DNA of 64,000 nucleotides from Eledone cirrhosa (taxonomy: Eukaryota). Position 1 is the first letter of the stretch; the number at the start of each line of letters is the position of its first letter. Shown one piece after another: positions 1 through 15,157 of the stretch. The position numbers and the translations under genes were made by a program. The notes below the pieces were generated by a model. That model searched no databases, was not told the origin of the DNA, and saw nothing but the letters and a program-made list of their open reading frames with translations. The DNA lies in NCBI GenBank assembly GCA_964016885.1, contig OZ024740.1, positions 106,454,001 through 106,518,000 on the forward strand. Reading direction: 5' to 3'.

Positions 1-1822
1 AGGTTTGGAATTTATTCTCTAGTTCTACCATAGATTCAGCTATGAGTGCGAGGTCATCAGCATACAGGAGTTCCCATGGGCATCCGGTCTTAAACTCCTC
101 CGTTATTGCCTGCAGGACTATGATGAACAGGAGGGGGCTAAGAACAGAGCCCTGGTGGACCCCAACCTGTACGCTAAATTCCTCGCTATACTCATTGCCA
201 ATCCTAACTTTGCTGACTGCTCCCCTATACATGGCTTGTACCGCTTTCACAAGCCATTCATCTACTCCTAGTTTTCTAAGAGCCCACCAGATTACTGCTC
301 GTGGAACTCTGTCAAAGGCTTTCTCAAGGTCGACAAATGCCAAGTAGAGTGGCTTACTTTTAGCTAGGTACTTTTCCTGTAATTGCCTCACAAGGAAGAG
401 GGCATCAGTGGTGCCTTTCCCTGGTACAAACCCAAATTGCATCTCGTCTATATTCACCCGGTCCCTAATCAGCTGTGCTATAACTCTTTCTGTTACTTTC
501 ATGACCTGGTCCATCAACTTTATACCTCTATAGTTTCCTCTATCTAGTGCATCGCCTTTACCTTTGTAGCAGTTGACAATGATGCTACTGCACCAATCTT
601 TTGGTATGGCCCCCTCTAGTATTACCTAGTTAACGATACGTGTGGTTATAGTGTGACCTACAGACCCAGATGCCTTCAGCATCTCGGCAGCTATACCCGA
701 TGGACCGGTTGCCTTCCCTATCTTCATATCTCTGATTGCCTTACTTACTACGCTGCCGCTGACTTGTACTGCTGGTCCCTCTATAGGGTCTACGTGGGGT
801 AGGGTCTCTTCTTCCCATGCATTCTCCTCATTTAGTAATCTATCATAATGACTCTTCCATGCATCTTTCTTCTCAGCACTTGTGAGGGCAAGCTCACCTT
901 TATCATTCCGGATACACTTCTCTCCAATGACATCACAACTATCTCTGACACACTGCCTCGCAATCTTGAATACCTCCTGTTTCTGGTCCTCACGTTGTAA
1001 AACATGCTTGAATTTTCTATCCTCTGCTTCCCTCCTAGCTAAGTATACTTGTCGCCTAGCTTCCCTCTTGGTCTCTATGTAATGTACCCTGCTCCCCCCG
1101 TTCTTCCATTCTTTCCATGCCTGTCTCTTGGCCTTGACTGCTTCATCTACCTTATTGTTCCACCACCAAGTCACTCTCCTCCTGCTTGAGGTCTTACTCC
1201 CGCCACAAACCTCATCCGTCGCCTCTAGTAAGTTATTTTTTAGGAACTCCCAGTTCTCTTCTACGTTAAATGTCTCTATCTGTTCTTCTTTACTGTCGTA
1301 GGCGTTGAGTAAAATATCTTTAAATCTGTTACTGGTTGAGGGGACTTTCAGCTTCCAGATCTTTCTTCTCCAGGTTGGCCTCTGTTTCAGGGCTCGTCTA
1401 GTTCTGACCGTGAGGTCGCTGACAACTAAGCTATGTTGGGATGTACATTCCTCACTAGGGAAGGCTTTTGTGTTTACGACCGTCCATCTGTCACGTCCTC
1501 TGATGAGGATAAAATCTAACTGACTAGAGTGCTCCCCTGATCTATAGGTGATCAGGTGGTTGTCGGGTTTTTTAAAGTTTGTGTTACATATCGACATGTC
1601 ATTGGCGTCGCAGAATTCTAGAAGTCTGAATCCTTCCTCATTCCTTGTGCCAACTCCATGGCCTCCATGTACTCTATTGGAGCCGTCGCAGTGTTTACCT
1701 ACGTGTCCGTTAAAATCTCCTGCAATGATTAGGAAGTCCTTGTCGTCTGTTAGAGCAGTAGTGTGTATTAGGGACTCGTAAAACCTATCCTTAAGTTCGT
1801 CTGGCAGCCCCGATTATATAAA
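1..1822 (-). mobile_element. RTE-clade non-LTR retrotransposon, 5'-truncated EN-RT fragment running off the window start
   Basis: Minus-strand ORF 626-1597 has the AP-endonuclease C-terminus (SQLDFILIR, SQHSLVVSD) and the RT start (KATGPSGI). Past one in-frame stop at 626 it continues into RT motifs QFGFVPGKGTTDALF, FVDLEKAFDRVPR, GVHQGSVLSPLLF and LLYADDLA. The 5' end abuts a (CA)n/(TA)n tract. Confidence 0.92.
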
Positions 1823-1837
1823 TACACACACACATGC

Positions 1838-1920
<83 letters not shown>

Positions 1921-2103
1921 GGAAAAAATATGACCCCGACGGCAGATCTCAAGCCGTTTCGACGGAGTCCAGAAATAGCCGCCAAAACGGCTTGAGCTCT
2001 GCCGTCGGGGTCATACTTTTTCCTAATTCCCACTCTACAACCCTAAGTATTGAGTACTCTGGTGCGTTATGGTCCATCTGGTTCCTTACCACAATTCCTT
2101 TGT
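1921..2103. mobile_element. Fold-back element with unique tail in a microsatellite (family F1)
   Basis: Inverted repeat 1921-2024 (ggaaaaaatatgaccccgacggcaga / tctgccgtcggggtcatactttttcc) plus a ~80-bp tail. Homologues at 10250-10340, 30710-30821 (reverse) and 62376-62543. Confidence 0.8.
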
Positions 2104-2431
2104 TATATATATATATATATATAGGTTTAAAAATGGAATGAGAATAAGAAGAAAGAGATAACGGGGGGGGGGGGGGTCCTCATCAGTTGCCTACTGGGGG
2201 TCTTGGATATATCAACGCTTTAAAGACAATATATCTACCCCAGAGCGTTCAATAACTGGGTAAGGTATTGGGAAAAACGGGGGAGCGAGGGAAGGAAAAT
2301 AGAAGGGAAAAGGGAAAAAAAGGGAAGAAAAGAGAAAAACAGCGAAAAAAACAACAAACCGAAGAATGTGCTAACAACTTAAGGTAAGAAAATCCAAGAC
2401 CACATCGGTAACTGAACGTAATTTCGAGAGC

Positions 2432-2512
<81 letters not shown>

Positions 2513-2943
2513 TACATATATATTATGTGTTGCTTGTTTGATTCATCCAGTGGATTGATGAATTCATTAGTCATAGGCTTCGGTGGAATTCAAGTACAAG
2601 TCAATCAAGATACGTTGGAAATAAGGCCTTACTATAAGTATGGAGTGCCGACATCAGTAAATATTTGTTGTTGTTTTTTGTGACTATAAATCTACAGGCC
2701 ATCAGTAAGATTTATACATAGAGTGGCTCTGGTATTAGGTATTATGCATTCCGAGGTCGAGTATAAAAGCACTCGCCCCTCCCAGCAACACACAAGAGCT
2801 TTTCCTTAAGTATATATATATGTTTATATATATATTCATATATATATATATATTTATATACTCACCCATACACATTCACTGTGTGTGTGTGTGTGTGTGT
2901 GTGTATTTGTTTGTGTGTGTGTGTGTGTTTGTGTGTCTGTATG

Positions 2944-2974
<31 letters not shown>

Positions 2975-3722
2975 TTATATATTACTCCCCCATTTCAGTG
3001 AGTATTGTTTACATTTTGCTATTTAGCTGAACTTCTGAAAACACGTGCGAAATCCATTAACTATAACAATATAGATGTTATAGTTAAAGACATAAAAAAA
3101 AAAAACCTCATTGGTTCAATAAAAATTCGAACCTCACATTTCTTTTGATGTGAGAATTAAATATCGTATTTTGAAACAAGAAATATATCCTTTAAGCTTA
3201 TCAATGGCCCAGAATAAAAGAAAACTGAAAGTCTAGCCTGAATATAATATAATATAAGGAGATTTGTGAGACAGGGGTGAGGAAAAATTGTCTGGCCTTT
3301 TCCCCGTTATCACAAAGATCAACTTACCCCGAAAGCAGGTAATCTCCAGTGTGGGTATGTATGTAAATACGTTTACATGCATATACTCACACATTGTATC
3401 ATTCTGTTTAGGTCTTTTTCTCTGCACCTTTGACTGTTCCCGGTTTTATACACATCTATCTATCTATCTGTCTGTTCATCTCTCTTTCTCCTTCTCTCTC
3501 TCTCTATATATATATATCTATATATATATAGAGAGAGAGAGAGAGAATTAGTATATCTACCAACATATGCGTACAGATGTACACTAATGCTAGCAAATAC
3601 ATAAGTTATGTCATAGTACCTAGGTGGTTCAATGCAGGAGGGTGCAGAACAATAATATGAAAGGCGTAGAATAAGAAAAATTTTTAAAAAAATTAAAAAT
3701 TAACTTACTTACTAAAATTTTC

Positions 3723-3804
3723 ACTCCAACTAATTAGTTTCTGTAATGGGATAAAGATAGTTACGTAATATAACCATCGAGAATTCATTACGTCATCAGG
3801 GAGT
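3723..3804 (-). ncRNA. Type I hammerhead ribozyme with extended stem II
   Basis: Minus strand: actcc CTGATGA c-gtaatg...cattac-a GAAA ctaattag TT ggagt. Stem I actcc/ggagt, palindromic stem III ctaattag. Confidence 0.8.
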
Positions 3805-4266
3805 CTATTCTCAGCTAAGTCTCCAGGCAATGCGCGGACACTAGGGACTCATATAAAAATAATAATAATTCGGTGGATGGAACAGCTAGCGGGGGCTGGA
3901 TTCCATGCACTGAAAAAGTTCGCTGTCTCTGGTCAAATGGCAGATTCTAAAGAATCAATCACGTGACACTGAGGCTAGTCGGAAGGAGTGGGATGGTAAG
4001 ATGACAGAAGCCTACTACCACACCAATGAATTAGTAGTGGTTTTGGCAGGTTTGCTCAACAAATAAATAATTTGGAGATAAATATATAGAATTAGTATAT
4101 CTACCAACATATGCGTACAGATGTACACTAATGCTAGCAAATACATAAGTTATGTCCTAGTACCTAGGTGGTTCAATGCAGGAGGATGCAGAACAATTAT
4201 ATGAAAGACGTAAAATAAGAAAAAAATTTTTTTAAATAAAAAATTAACTTACTTACTAAAATTTTC

Positions 4267-4348
4267 ACTCCAACTAATTAGTTTCTGTAATGGGATAAAG
4301 ATAGTTACGTAATATAACCATCGAGAATTCATTGCGTCATCGGGGAGT
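4267..4348 (-). ncRNA. Second tandem hammerhead copy, core CCGATGA (U4C)
   Basis: Same fold as 3723-3804 with one core substitution. Confidence 0.6.
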
Positions 4349-4584
4349 CTATTCTCAGCTAAGTCTCCAGGTAATGCGCGGACACTAGGGACTCATATAA
4401 AAATAATAATAATTCGGTGGATGGAACAGCTAGCGGGGACTGGATTCCATGCACTGAAAAAGTTCGCTGTCTCTTATATTACGTAACTATCTTTATCCCA
4501 TTACAGAAACTAATTAGTTGGAGTGAAAATTTTAGTAAGTTAATTTTTAATTTTTTTTTAAATTTTTCTTATTTTACGTCTTTC

Positions 4585-4679
<95 letters not shown>

Positions 4680-4714
4680 CATGGATACACACACATGCAC
4701 AGACGCATACATAT

Positions 4715-4781
<67 letters not shown>

Positions 4782-5005
4782 CAGTGGAGGATTGGGTCTA
4801 AAATTATTGGTTGCCAGGAGATGAAGGAGCCCACCTACATATAGAATACTATCATTTGATTATTGTAATGAATAAATAACATTTTCGAAAAAATACATAA
4901 GTTGAAACAAAACAATGCAATCAAATTTTTGCAAAAAAATATCTTAACTTCTCAAATAAAAAATATTATGTATTCTGCGAAATCCAGAGACTTTCAATAA
5001 TGACC

Positions 5006-5455
5006 AGAAGTCGACCCTAAATATTACTAATAGCTCTAGGAAAGCCATGAATGACACCACATCTTTTTAACTTTGATTTTGAAAGTAGGTTTATAATTAT
5101 GAATTTTTATCATTCTTTTGTAGCTCTCTCGGTGGCCTAGTTGAAGGAATCATAGACGGTGGTGATCCTGGTCTGAAGTTCGATCCTGATCGGGAGCAGG
5201 GTTCCCGGTAAACCTTTTCAGTTTTTTTATATTGGCTGTAAAATAAAAACTGAAAAAAGTACTTCTGGGACAGGATTGAACCCAAGGACAGGACCGCCAC
5301 TGTCTCTAGTACCTACCGCTAGGCCACAGAGACAACTACGAAAATCTTATGAAAATTCATACTTATAAACCTACTTTCAAAATTTTCAAAACAAAGTATT
5401 GTGGTGTCGTTCATGTCTTTCTTAATGCTATTGCTCCTAATTAAGGTCGACTTCT
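5006..5455. mobile_element. Old palindromic element with two inward-facing tRNA-like (A/B box) heads
   Basis: Ends agaagtcgacc (5006) / ggtcgacttct (5455) with diverged arms. Plus-strand tggcctagttg...gttcgatcc at ~5130-5190; minus-strand tggcctagcgg...ggttcaatcc at ~5270-5330. Confidence 0.6.
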
Positions 5456-5492
5456 AAACCATTTGGATGTTTCATTTCTGTTGCACCTCATT

Positions 5493-5598
<106 letters not shown>

Positions 5599-5682
5599 AT
5601 ATTTGAATCTACTACGATTTGGCCTTACTTTATTCCTATATATGTTTTTGCATGTCAGATTCAAACTTACAATGATTGGCAT

Positions 5683-5820
<138 letters not shown>

Positions 5821-5841
5821 ACGAGTATATATATATATATA

Positions 5842-5918
<77 letters not shown>

Positions 5919-5937
5919 GAGTATATATATATATATA

Positions 5938-5995
<58 letters not shown>

Positions 5996-5998
<3 letters not shown>

Positions 5999-6746
5999 CC
6001 GGAGGTATATGGTCTTTAAAGCGAAGTAATACCGATGATGGTTGGAAGATCACTAATGAAGGACCACTTTATTCATATGTAACCCATTTGCAACCACGCA
6101 GCACGTTTATTCTCATATTTACACATATTTTTCCCCCGCTGTGACCCGTCTATTTCGTTCTTACTGCTTCCTCTTTCTCTGTATCTTTACCCTCTCTAAC
6201 AGTCACTCTCTCAGTTAGCCTCTTCCTCACCCTTCACTCACTCACTCGCTGTTACTACCTCTCCTCCTCCTCCTTCTTCCCGTTTGACCTGTGCGTAATT
6301 CTTTTCTTTCGCACGCTTGGTCAGGCTGGTTCGCCTTTTTTCTCTCTCTCGTCTACGATTTCACAGAACTTATGTTCACCGAATTCACAGACTAGATTCC
6401 TTCTTCCTCCCGTTAGACCTGTACGGAATTCCTTCCTTGCTCACATTCCAACCAGGTTTGATGGTCTTTACTCTCTCTCGTTCACGATTTCACCGATTTT
6501 ATATTCATGGAAATTTGGGACTTGACTCGTTCTTCCTCACTTTTCGTTGCTTCACCATCTTTGTTTGTTTACACTCTCGCTGTCCCCTTTATTTACGTGT
6601 CCCAACGACTTTTTTTAGCCGTTGCTCGCACCAACCGGAGGTATATGGTCTTTAAAGCGAAGCAATACCTGTGATGGTTGGAAGATCACTGACGAAGGAC
6701 CACTTTATTCATATGTAACACATTTGCAACCACGCAGCACGTTTAT

Positions 6747-6752
<6 letters not shown>
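5996..6752. mobile_element. Non-coding element with ~120-bp direct terminal repeats between (TA)n tracts (family F2)
   Basis: aaccggaggtatatggtctttaaagcg...tttattctcatat at 5996-6116 and 6633-6752. Diverged relatives at 14361-15160 and 34828-35405. Confidence 0.7.
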
Positions 6753-6815
<63 letters not shown>

Positions 6816-6886
6816 GTCAAGTATGAAATTTGTAGAAATTTGTAGAAAAATAACAAGTTTCTACAAATTTCATACTTGACGACCCA

Positions 6887-6976
<90 letters not shown>

Positions 6977-8856
6977 GCGTGTGTGTGCATGCGTGCGCAA
7001 AGGCCCTCTACACCGAAACTTCGAAGTCCCTGCCCACTTTTTCTTCAGAAAAATATTGTTCGCACGTATTAAGAGCTTATTCAGTTAAAATTTGACTATT
7101 TTATGTACGCGTATACATAAAACACCCCTTCAATATGTGTGTGTGTGTATACATATATGTATATATATATATATGCTCATATGTGTGTGGGGGCGCATGT
7201 GTGAGTAAATGTGGATGGGTGAAAGCAGGCGCATGTGTGAGTAAATGTGGATGGGTGAAAGCAGGCGCACGTGTGTGTTCTCAATTAAGGTTTACAATTC
7301 AAGTTTCACCTTCTGTAATATAGGGTTAATGTGTTTAGAGAAGAGAAAGCAACATTCATACTTCTGCTCTTCAACTATATATATTTCCAGCTTCATTCGT
7401 CGTCACATAAACACTAATTTGTAAGATTTGTGAGAATTGTATTGTCTGGCTTGTATTTGATAATATAATTATATATTCATTTATATATATTTGTTTATCT
7501 GTTTATCTGTTATTTTGTATTTTATTGGCCTCTAAATAATTCAATGTTCACATATCACTGATTCTTTTGAGAGAGAAAACGAAGGTGAACAACATAACAG
7601 AGAGAAAGAGAAAGTGTGGCAGAAGGGGGGGGTTAAAAGAAAACACGTGACTGGGAGAAAGGTGAGACAGAACGTAGAAACAGTGAGAGAAAGATAAGAT
7701 TGAAGCAAGGGAGACGAGAGTGGGTAACACTGAGCACAGAGAGATCAAGAGAGAAGTAAAGGAGAGAGAAAGAGAAATAGGATGAAACACAACACAGAGA
7801 CAGATTGACAGACTGACAGACAAAGCAAAATACCGGAAGATTAAGTGAAAGCAAGAAAAGTAGACAAATAAAGGGAGTGTGGATGTGTGTATGTAAGAGA
7901 AAAAGAGAGAGTGAAGAGAGGGAGAAAAGAAAAGAAAGTAAAATGAAAGAAAGGTGAACGATTTAAAGAAAACATACAAGTGAGAGAGAGGGGTGGCGGA
8001 GGGGGAGAAGGTGGAAGGTTTTCATTTATTCCTATATATTTCAATATTTGTTTCCTCTTCGTTTCCAGAAATTACAGTTAGCGTTCCAACAGACACTATC
8101 CGCTTGTCTAGGTCCGATTAAAATGTATTCAGAATCATCGCCATATTTCATATAAAACCCCATTTATGCTAGCTAGTTAAGGAATGTGGTAGTTGAAAAT
8201 TGTATCAGGTCTCCAAGAAGATTGTTGATTTTCTATCACCACTCACCATCACTACCAAAATTATGTTTGTATTCAAATATCCCTATATTCAAATATTACC
8301 GCTGAAGAATCGATATAGAGCCTGATTACCAGCTAGAGAAGTTAATAGCCAGTACATACCGTCATTAATATTTTTCTGTGTTCATAACCAAGACAGTTAG
8401 TTTTCATGGGATCAGGCCAGGTTACTGTTGAAAGAGATAAAATCTGAGGCGTTCACTAAATAAGCAAGTAACACCGTATTATACTTAAGTCCGTACAATA
8501 TTGATATAATATAGTTAAGTGCATAAAACGTGTGTATGTTATTGATATAATAAAAAACGTTAAGTGCATTTGATATATTATAATCAAGTACACATATTAT
8601 TGAGATAATATAATTATATATACATATTATTATTATATTATATTTGTAAAGAGTGTGAGCGCTACGTGTGTATGTATGTGTTTTTGTGGGTCTTCAGTTA
8701 TTTTTATAATTCAGTTAGTCTGTATATATATTAAATTAGATCGCTTAGATTTATTTACCACTTTAGCTAGCTTCCTGCTTTTAAGATTTATTCCTGATAT
8801 ATTTCGAATTATATATATGTGTGTCTGTCTGTCTATGTGTGTATGTGTGTGTGTGT

Positions 8857-8896
<40 letters not shown>

Positions 8897-9762
8897 CCGC
8901 ATGTATAATATGTGTTACGTTAATAACATGATTGTGTTTAGTTTTCATCTTTTTATTAAAGATTTTTCATGTGGTCTTTGTTTGGTGTGAAACAATGACG
9001 TTCCTGAATTCACAAATCTATTAAAGTTTCGAGACCTTTACAGTCTCATCTTCGAGGGATGAATTATTGTAGTAGTGGCATGTTGTTCGAATTTTTATGA
9101 ATATAATCTATGAGGATTCGCATATCTTCAACAATATGTACCACTAAATCATATTAAAATTAATCACGGACAAGGGATTGAAAAGCTTTTGAATTGGCTG
9201 GGTTTTACAGCAAGCTGAAGAGACGCCTGGAAGATCAATACCTCACATATATCCCAGAAGAGCAATCAGCGTCAAACTAAGTTGTCCAGATTACTTTGTA
9301 TCGTGCTTTTACTCTCGTAACAGCACGATAAAAGGAAAAGAGAATTGGAATAAGAATGTTAGCCTATTTGACAGTATTCTCTATAGAAATGGCTCCTGCC
9401 ACGCTCTCACTGGCGTGCATACATTATTCCATTTAATTGTGAAATGATTAAGTAACCGATACAAAGTAATCTGGACAACTTAGTTTGCATAGTATTTTCA
9501 ATAATGATGCCCTATTCACAGTTATATCTGTATGTTTGTCTGTATGTTTATGTATGCATATATGTATGTGTATATATATGTGTACGTGTGTATGTGTGGA
9601 GGAGGAGGGGAGAGAAGGTGAGAGAGCAATGGGGGAGGTAGAAGTGTCAACGTTTTCTTTTTTAAAGTAACGTTGTATGAAAAATGCTGTTTATCATCAA
9701 ATTATAAATGAGTAAAATATTCTATTTTAAGTGAATTTCATTATATTATTTGTGTATATAAT

Positions 9763-10180
9763 GGCGGTGGATTGGCAGTATCGGTAGAGGGTCGGACGCC
9801 ATGCTTTCCAGCATAGTTACGTCCCTTTACGATCTGAGTTCAAATCCCGCCGAGGTTGACTTTGCCTTTCATCCTTACGGGGTCGATAAAATAAAGTACC
9901 AGTAATGCACTGGGTAATTGCTGGCCTTGTGCCTAAAGTAGAAACAATTATTTGTGTATATAGAGGGCGGTGGATTGGCAGTATCGGTAGATGGTCGGAC
10001 GCCATGCTTTCCGGCTTAGAATTACGTCCCTTTATGATCTGAGTTCAAATTCCGCCGAGGTTAACTTTGCCTTTCATCCTTACGGGGTCGATAAAATAAA
10101 GTACCAGTCACGCACTGGGTCGATTTATTCGACTCCCCCCCCTCCCAAATTGCTGGCCTTGTGCCTATATAAGAAACCAT
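9763..10180 (+). mobile_element. Two tandem copies of the abundant tRNA-derived SINE (9763-9950, 9966-10180)
   Basis: A-box-like tggcagtatcgg, B-box gagttcaaatcc, conserved core tttgcctttcatccttacggggtcgataaa. At least nine copies in the window. Confidence 0.88.
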
Positions 10181-10188
10181 TATTTGTG

Positions 10189-10248
<60 letters not shown>

Positions 10249-10337
10249 GTAAAAGAGTCAGGACCCGACGGCTGAGCTCCGGCTGTTTCGACAGCTTGAT
10301 CCGAACTGGTCCACCTGGTATCTTACCACACACTCTT

Positions 10338-10387
<50 letters not shown>

Positions 10388-10590
10388 AGAGAGAGGGGAG
10401 GCGAGAAATAGGAGGAAAGCACAAACCGGAGACATTTCCAATCATCAGTTGTCTGCTGAAGATTACGGATATGTCTACGCATTAAAGACAATATGTCTGT
10501 CTCCAGTGCGTCATTAACTATAGGAAGTTATCGGGGGGGGGGGAGAAAAAATATAACAGAAGGGGAAAAAAGAAAGAAATATATATATAT

Positions 10591-11528
10591 ATTGTTATAC
10601 TTTGGGAGGGTCATGTTGCCAATATGAAACACACGCACCAGTTGCTTTCACTTCAATTTATTATAATAAATTTATAAATTTAGGAATTTATAAATTTCTG
10701 GTTGGTTGGTTGGTTGGTTCCACAACCAGATAGTTGTTTATATATTGTCAAAGTTCTTTCGTCACACATTCTGTGACCTCTTCAGGACAATGTAGAGACA
10801 AAAATATAGTGTACATAGGTGAGACAGCTCGTAGTGTAGAGGAACGGATAAATGAACACTGGCGAGACCTTCAAGATAGTAAAGAATCATCTGTACTCTA
10901 CCAACATGCTAAAATAGAACATAAGGGTAAATTAGAGAACATAGAAATAAAAATAGAATCTACACACAGAAAAGACGCAATGTTTAGACAAATCACAGAG
11001 GCAATAAACATAAAAGAATTACAACCAAAATTAAATAGAAAATATGAGTGGAACAGCAACATCACAACTTACAATTAAGGACAAAATGAAAACACACACA
11101 CATAGAACAAACAACCAACCGGTAACATGTAAATAAACAAATAAATAAACAAATATAAACACACACAGACACCCGGATGTGGCGCATGCGCAGACTGAGC
11201 ACACAACACACACACAGAAACAAAATGGCGTAGGACAGAACAAAGGAGAGGCACAAAAACAAAGAAAAGAATCCCCAGTCACTGAAGAGGTCACAGAATG
11301 TGTGACGAAAGAACTTTGACAATATATAAACAACTATCTGGTTGTGGAACCAACGAACCAACCAGAAATTTATAAATTCCTAAATTTATAAATTTATTAT
11401 AATAAATTGAAGTGAAAGCAACTGGTGCGTGTGTTTGTTATTGGCAACATGACCCTCCCAAAATATAACAATATCGGTTTCAACACACGTTTTCAGATAA
11501 AGAATCTTGCTAAACAAATTCAGAAACG

Positions 11529-11530
<2 letters not shown>
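10591..11530 (+). mobile_element. 5'-truncated Penelope-like element: GIY-YIG C-terminus, pLTR and inverted pLTR arm
   Basis: ORF segment NIVYIGETARSVEERINEH...RQITEAINIKELQPKLNRK (10786-11078). 10591-10785 is an inverted copy of 11282-11473. A ~57-bp tail (11474-11530) is not duplicated. Flanked by (TA)n. Confidence 0.9.
11278..11320 (+). ncRNA. Minimal type I hammerhead in the Penelope pLTR
   Basis: gtca CTGAAGA g-gtcaca gaatg tgtgac GAAA gaac TT tgac. The homologue at 51093-51135 has a compensated stem I (atca/tgat). Confidence 0.7.
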
Positions 11531-11586
<56 letters not shown>

Positions 11587-11747
11587 AAATGCAGATCTGT
11601 TCGCATGCCAACATAAGAACAAGAATGAAGTGTTCATTCTCCTGACATGGCTATAAAATTGAGGCTTGTTTGCAAAATTGCAAACGAATCGAATGTTATT
11701 ATTAATATTCGAAAAACTCAGATTACTGATTATATATCACTGATTCC

Positions 11748-12196
<449 letters not shown>

Positions 12197-12283
12197 TAGG
12201 TCCCGGGTTGAGTCGGGGATAACCACAGTAAGTAAGGTACTCAATACATGGCAGAGTAAAATTTTTTTATTTTATAGAAGGAG

Positions 12284-12371
12284 CTTCGACTACGTAGTTT
12301 CGTGGCATAAACAAAAACAATACATCATATAGATATAGAGCCTTTGCGAGGTCTGCCGACTTATCAAGAGG
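12284..12371 (-). ncRNA. Hammerhead variant, U3-A8 core
   Basis: cctc TTGATAA gt-c-ggca...tgcc-ac GAAA ctacgtag TC gaag. Palindromic stem III; stem I has one mismatch. Confidence 0.55.
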
Positions 12372-12817
12372 ATACCTCGTTTTACTAGCCTCGAGAACGC
12401 GTCTATATGATGTGAGAAAGTATCCCAAAAGGCGGAGGGGGAGACAGTCACGTGATACAACGGTCAAGAAACAGAGCTAAGCCCCTTATAACCCCGAAAA
12501 AAATATATATGTGTGTATGTGTGTATATATATATATTTTTGAAGGTGTTATTTGACGATAACACCCCAGTGAGAAAGTTTGCTCCGAACGAATTGCGCGT
12601 GTTCGAAGGAACATGCAGCCGTAGAAACAGCCAGATCCATACAGTGACCATGTCTCGAGCTACCTGCCGGCGAAACAATTGTAAGACGCAAAAAGCTGAG
12701 TCAGATGCATCACTGATTTTTCCTTTTTTATACGATACACACAATTCTCTGTATGAATATTGAGTGCTAATTTTGGCATACCGCCTATGGAAGCACCATA
12801 GCTACCATTATACACAA

Positions 12818-12881
<64 letters not shown>

Positions 12882-13461
12882 TAGAACACATGTCGTTATG
12901 AGGCTTTTTACAAACAAACCATGAGCTGATTAATAGCGAAATGCCAGTCACTTGAACAACGTAATCCATGTGGCGTGAATAGGAAAATCAACAGCCAGAA
13001 ATAGCAGCCGAGCCTATTCAACTGAATTATCTCAACAATCAAGGGGTCATATATTTATCCAAAATTAAAATTAAGGGTTGTCATGTCTGAGAGACATGAG
13101 TCATATCCACCGTAGAATAAGCTCAAAGATTAGATCCGAGCATTACATATCAACTAGAAATAGATTGACATATATATATATATATAAAACAAATACATGA
13201 ATCAATCACAGGGAACAATTTGTAAAGAATGTAAGCACAGAAATAACAACCCTTAATTTTAATGTTGGATATATATACGGCCCCTTGATTGTTGAGATAA
13301 TTCAGTTGAATAGGCTCGGCTGCTATTTCTGGCTGTCAATGGTCCTATTCACGCCACTGGGATGACGTTGTTCAACGTGTGCATTCTTTAAAAAATGCAA
13401 CTCGTGGTTCGAATCATTCACAGATTTGCATTTGCCGTGTAAACACACATGGTTATTTTCT

Positions 13462-13556
13462 TCTCCTTTGGTGAACATCCAAGAATTTAACTGCTGTGAT
13501 TTACGGATTAATAGGTGAAATATATTTTGTACTTAAAGAAATATATACAAAGGAGA
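13462..13556 (+). ncRNA. Hammerhead variant, G3-C8 core, long stems I and III
   Basis: tctcctttg GTGAACA tcc...ggt GAAA tatattt-loop-aaatata TA caaaggaga. Perfect 9-bp stem I. The homologue at 28144 has canonical CTGATGA. Confidence 0.72.
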
Positions 13557-13910
13557 TTAATCATTTTAAAAGGTATCTATAATCAAGTTCTAGTCAAACT
13601 TTAATTAGTTACTTACCTAGCTATATGTGCTTACATTCTTTACACATTATTCCCTGTGATTGCTTCATGCATCTATCTTATATATATATATATGTCAATC
13701 TATTTCTAATTGATATCTTTGAGGTTATTCCACGGTGGATATGGCCATGTCTCTCAGACATGACAACCCTTAATTTTAATTTTGGATATATGTATATATA
13801 CATATATATATACATATACATATAGATATATACATATACAAATACATATATACATATACATATAGATATATACATATACAAATACATATATATATACATA
13901 TACGTATATG

Positions 13911-13941
<31 letters not shown>

Positions 13942-13951
13942 GTATATATAA

Positions 13952-13982
<31 letters not shown>

Positions 13983-14360
13983 TATATATACATATATATA
14001 TTTATATACATATATATATACATATATATACATATATATATATACATATATATATATATAGATGAAATCTTCAGGAAGCTGGGTGTCATATTAAGTTCTG
14101 GTATTTATACATTTAGGTAGTGGTAAGGGAGGGGTGGTGGAAGGGGGGGAGGTTTGGGGTGGGATGGTATTTAATTTTGGATAAATATATGACCCCTTGA
14201 TTGTTGAGATAATTCAGTTGAATAGGCTCGGCTGCTATTTCTGGCTGTTGATTTTCCTATTCACGCCACATGGATTACGTTGTTCAAGTGACTGGCATTT
14301 CGCTATAGATCAGCTCATGGTTCGTTTGTAAAAAGCCTCATAACGACATGTGTTCTAGAC

Positions 14361-15157
14361 TCTCTGCTCAATAGCTTTCGTTCGTGTTGGTACTATTCTC
14401 TAAGCTCTCATATATTCACCTAGCTTATGCTAAACGAATAATTTTTGAAGCTTGTTTCTCCCCTAAGGTATGCTATATTTTCTGTTGTTCTCCTGTCTCA
14501 CTCGCCTTACGCGTTTTAATTGTCCTAATAACTTATTTTGGTTATTATTGCACCGAAGTGAGATATATGATTTTTAATGCAATGAAATATCTATGATCTT
14601 CGGCAAATCACTGATGAGGGACTTATTTTATTACATGTTACCATGTGCTACCTGCAGTATTTTTCTCTATATTTTAATACATATATTTACCACTGCGATT
14701 CTGTGTTTTTTTCTCTCTCTCTTACTGTTCCCCCATTCTCTCTGTTTCTCCCCCTCTGTCTTGTCCGTTAACTCTTCCTCACACTTTCACTCACTCACTG
14801 TTTTTCTCCCTCTTCTCTTCATTTCATCCTGCACTCACGAACGCTATTTTTTCTCTCTCTGCTCAATAGCTTTCGTTCGTGTTGGTACTATTCTCTAAGC
14901 TCTCATATATTCACCTAGCTTATGCTAAACGAATAATTTTTGAAGCTTGTTTCTCCCCTAAGGTATGCTATATTTTCTGTTGTTCTCCTGTCTCACTCGC
15001 TTTACGCGTTTTAATTGTCCTAATAACTTATTTTGGTTATTATTGCACCGAAGTGAGATATATGATTTTTAATGCAATGAAATATCTATGATCTTCGGCA
15101 AATCACTGATGAGGGACTTATTTTATTACATGTTACCATGTGCTACCTGCAGTATTT

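Larger units (their letters stand above)
3544..4587 (-). mobile_element. Penelope pseudo-LTR-like unit: tandem duplication (period ~544 bp) plus terminal inverted partial copy
   Basis: 3544-3929 is repeated at 4088-4473. 4475-4587 is an inverted copy of part of the unit. Flanked by (GA)n/(TA)n. Contains hammerhead folds. Confidence 0.8.

Noticed and set aside
6640-6705. atcaCTGA(C/T)GA motif in family F2 (also ~14610, ~15105, ~35342) as a permuted hammerhead
   Set aside because: No conserved GAAA or UH in a compatible position across copies, so the fold could not be completed.
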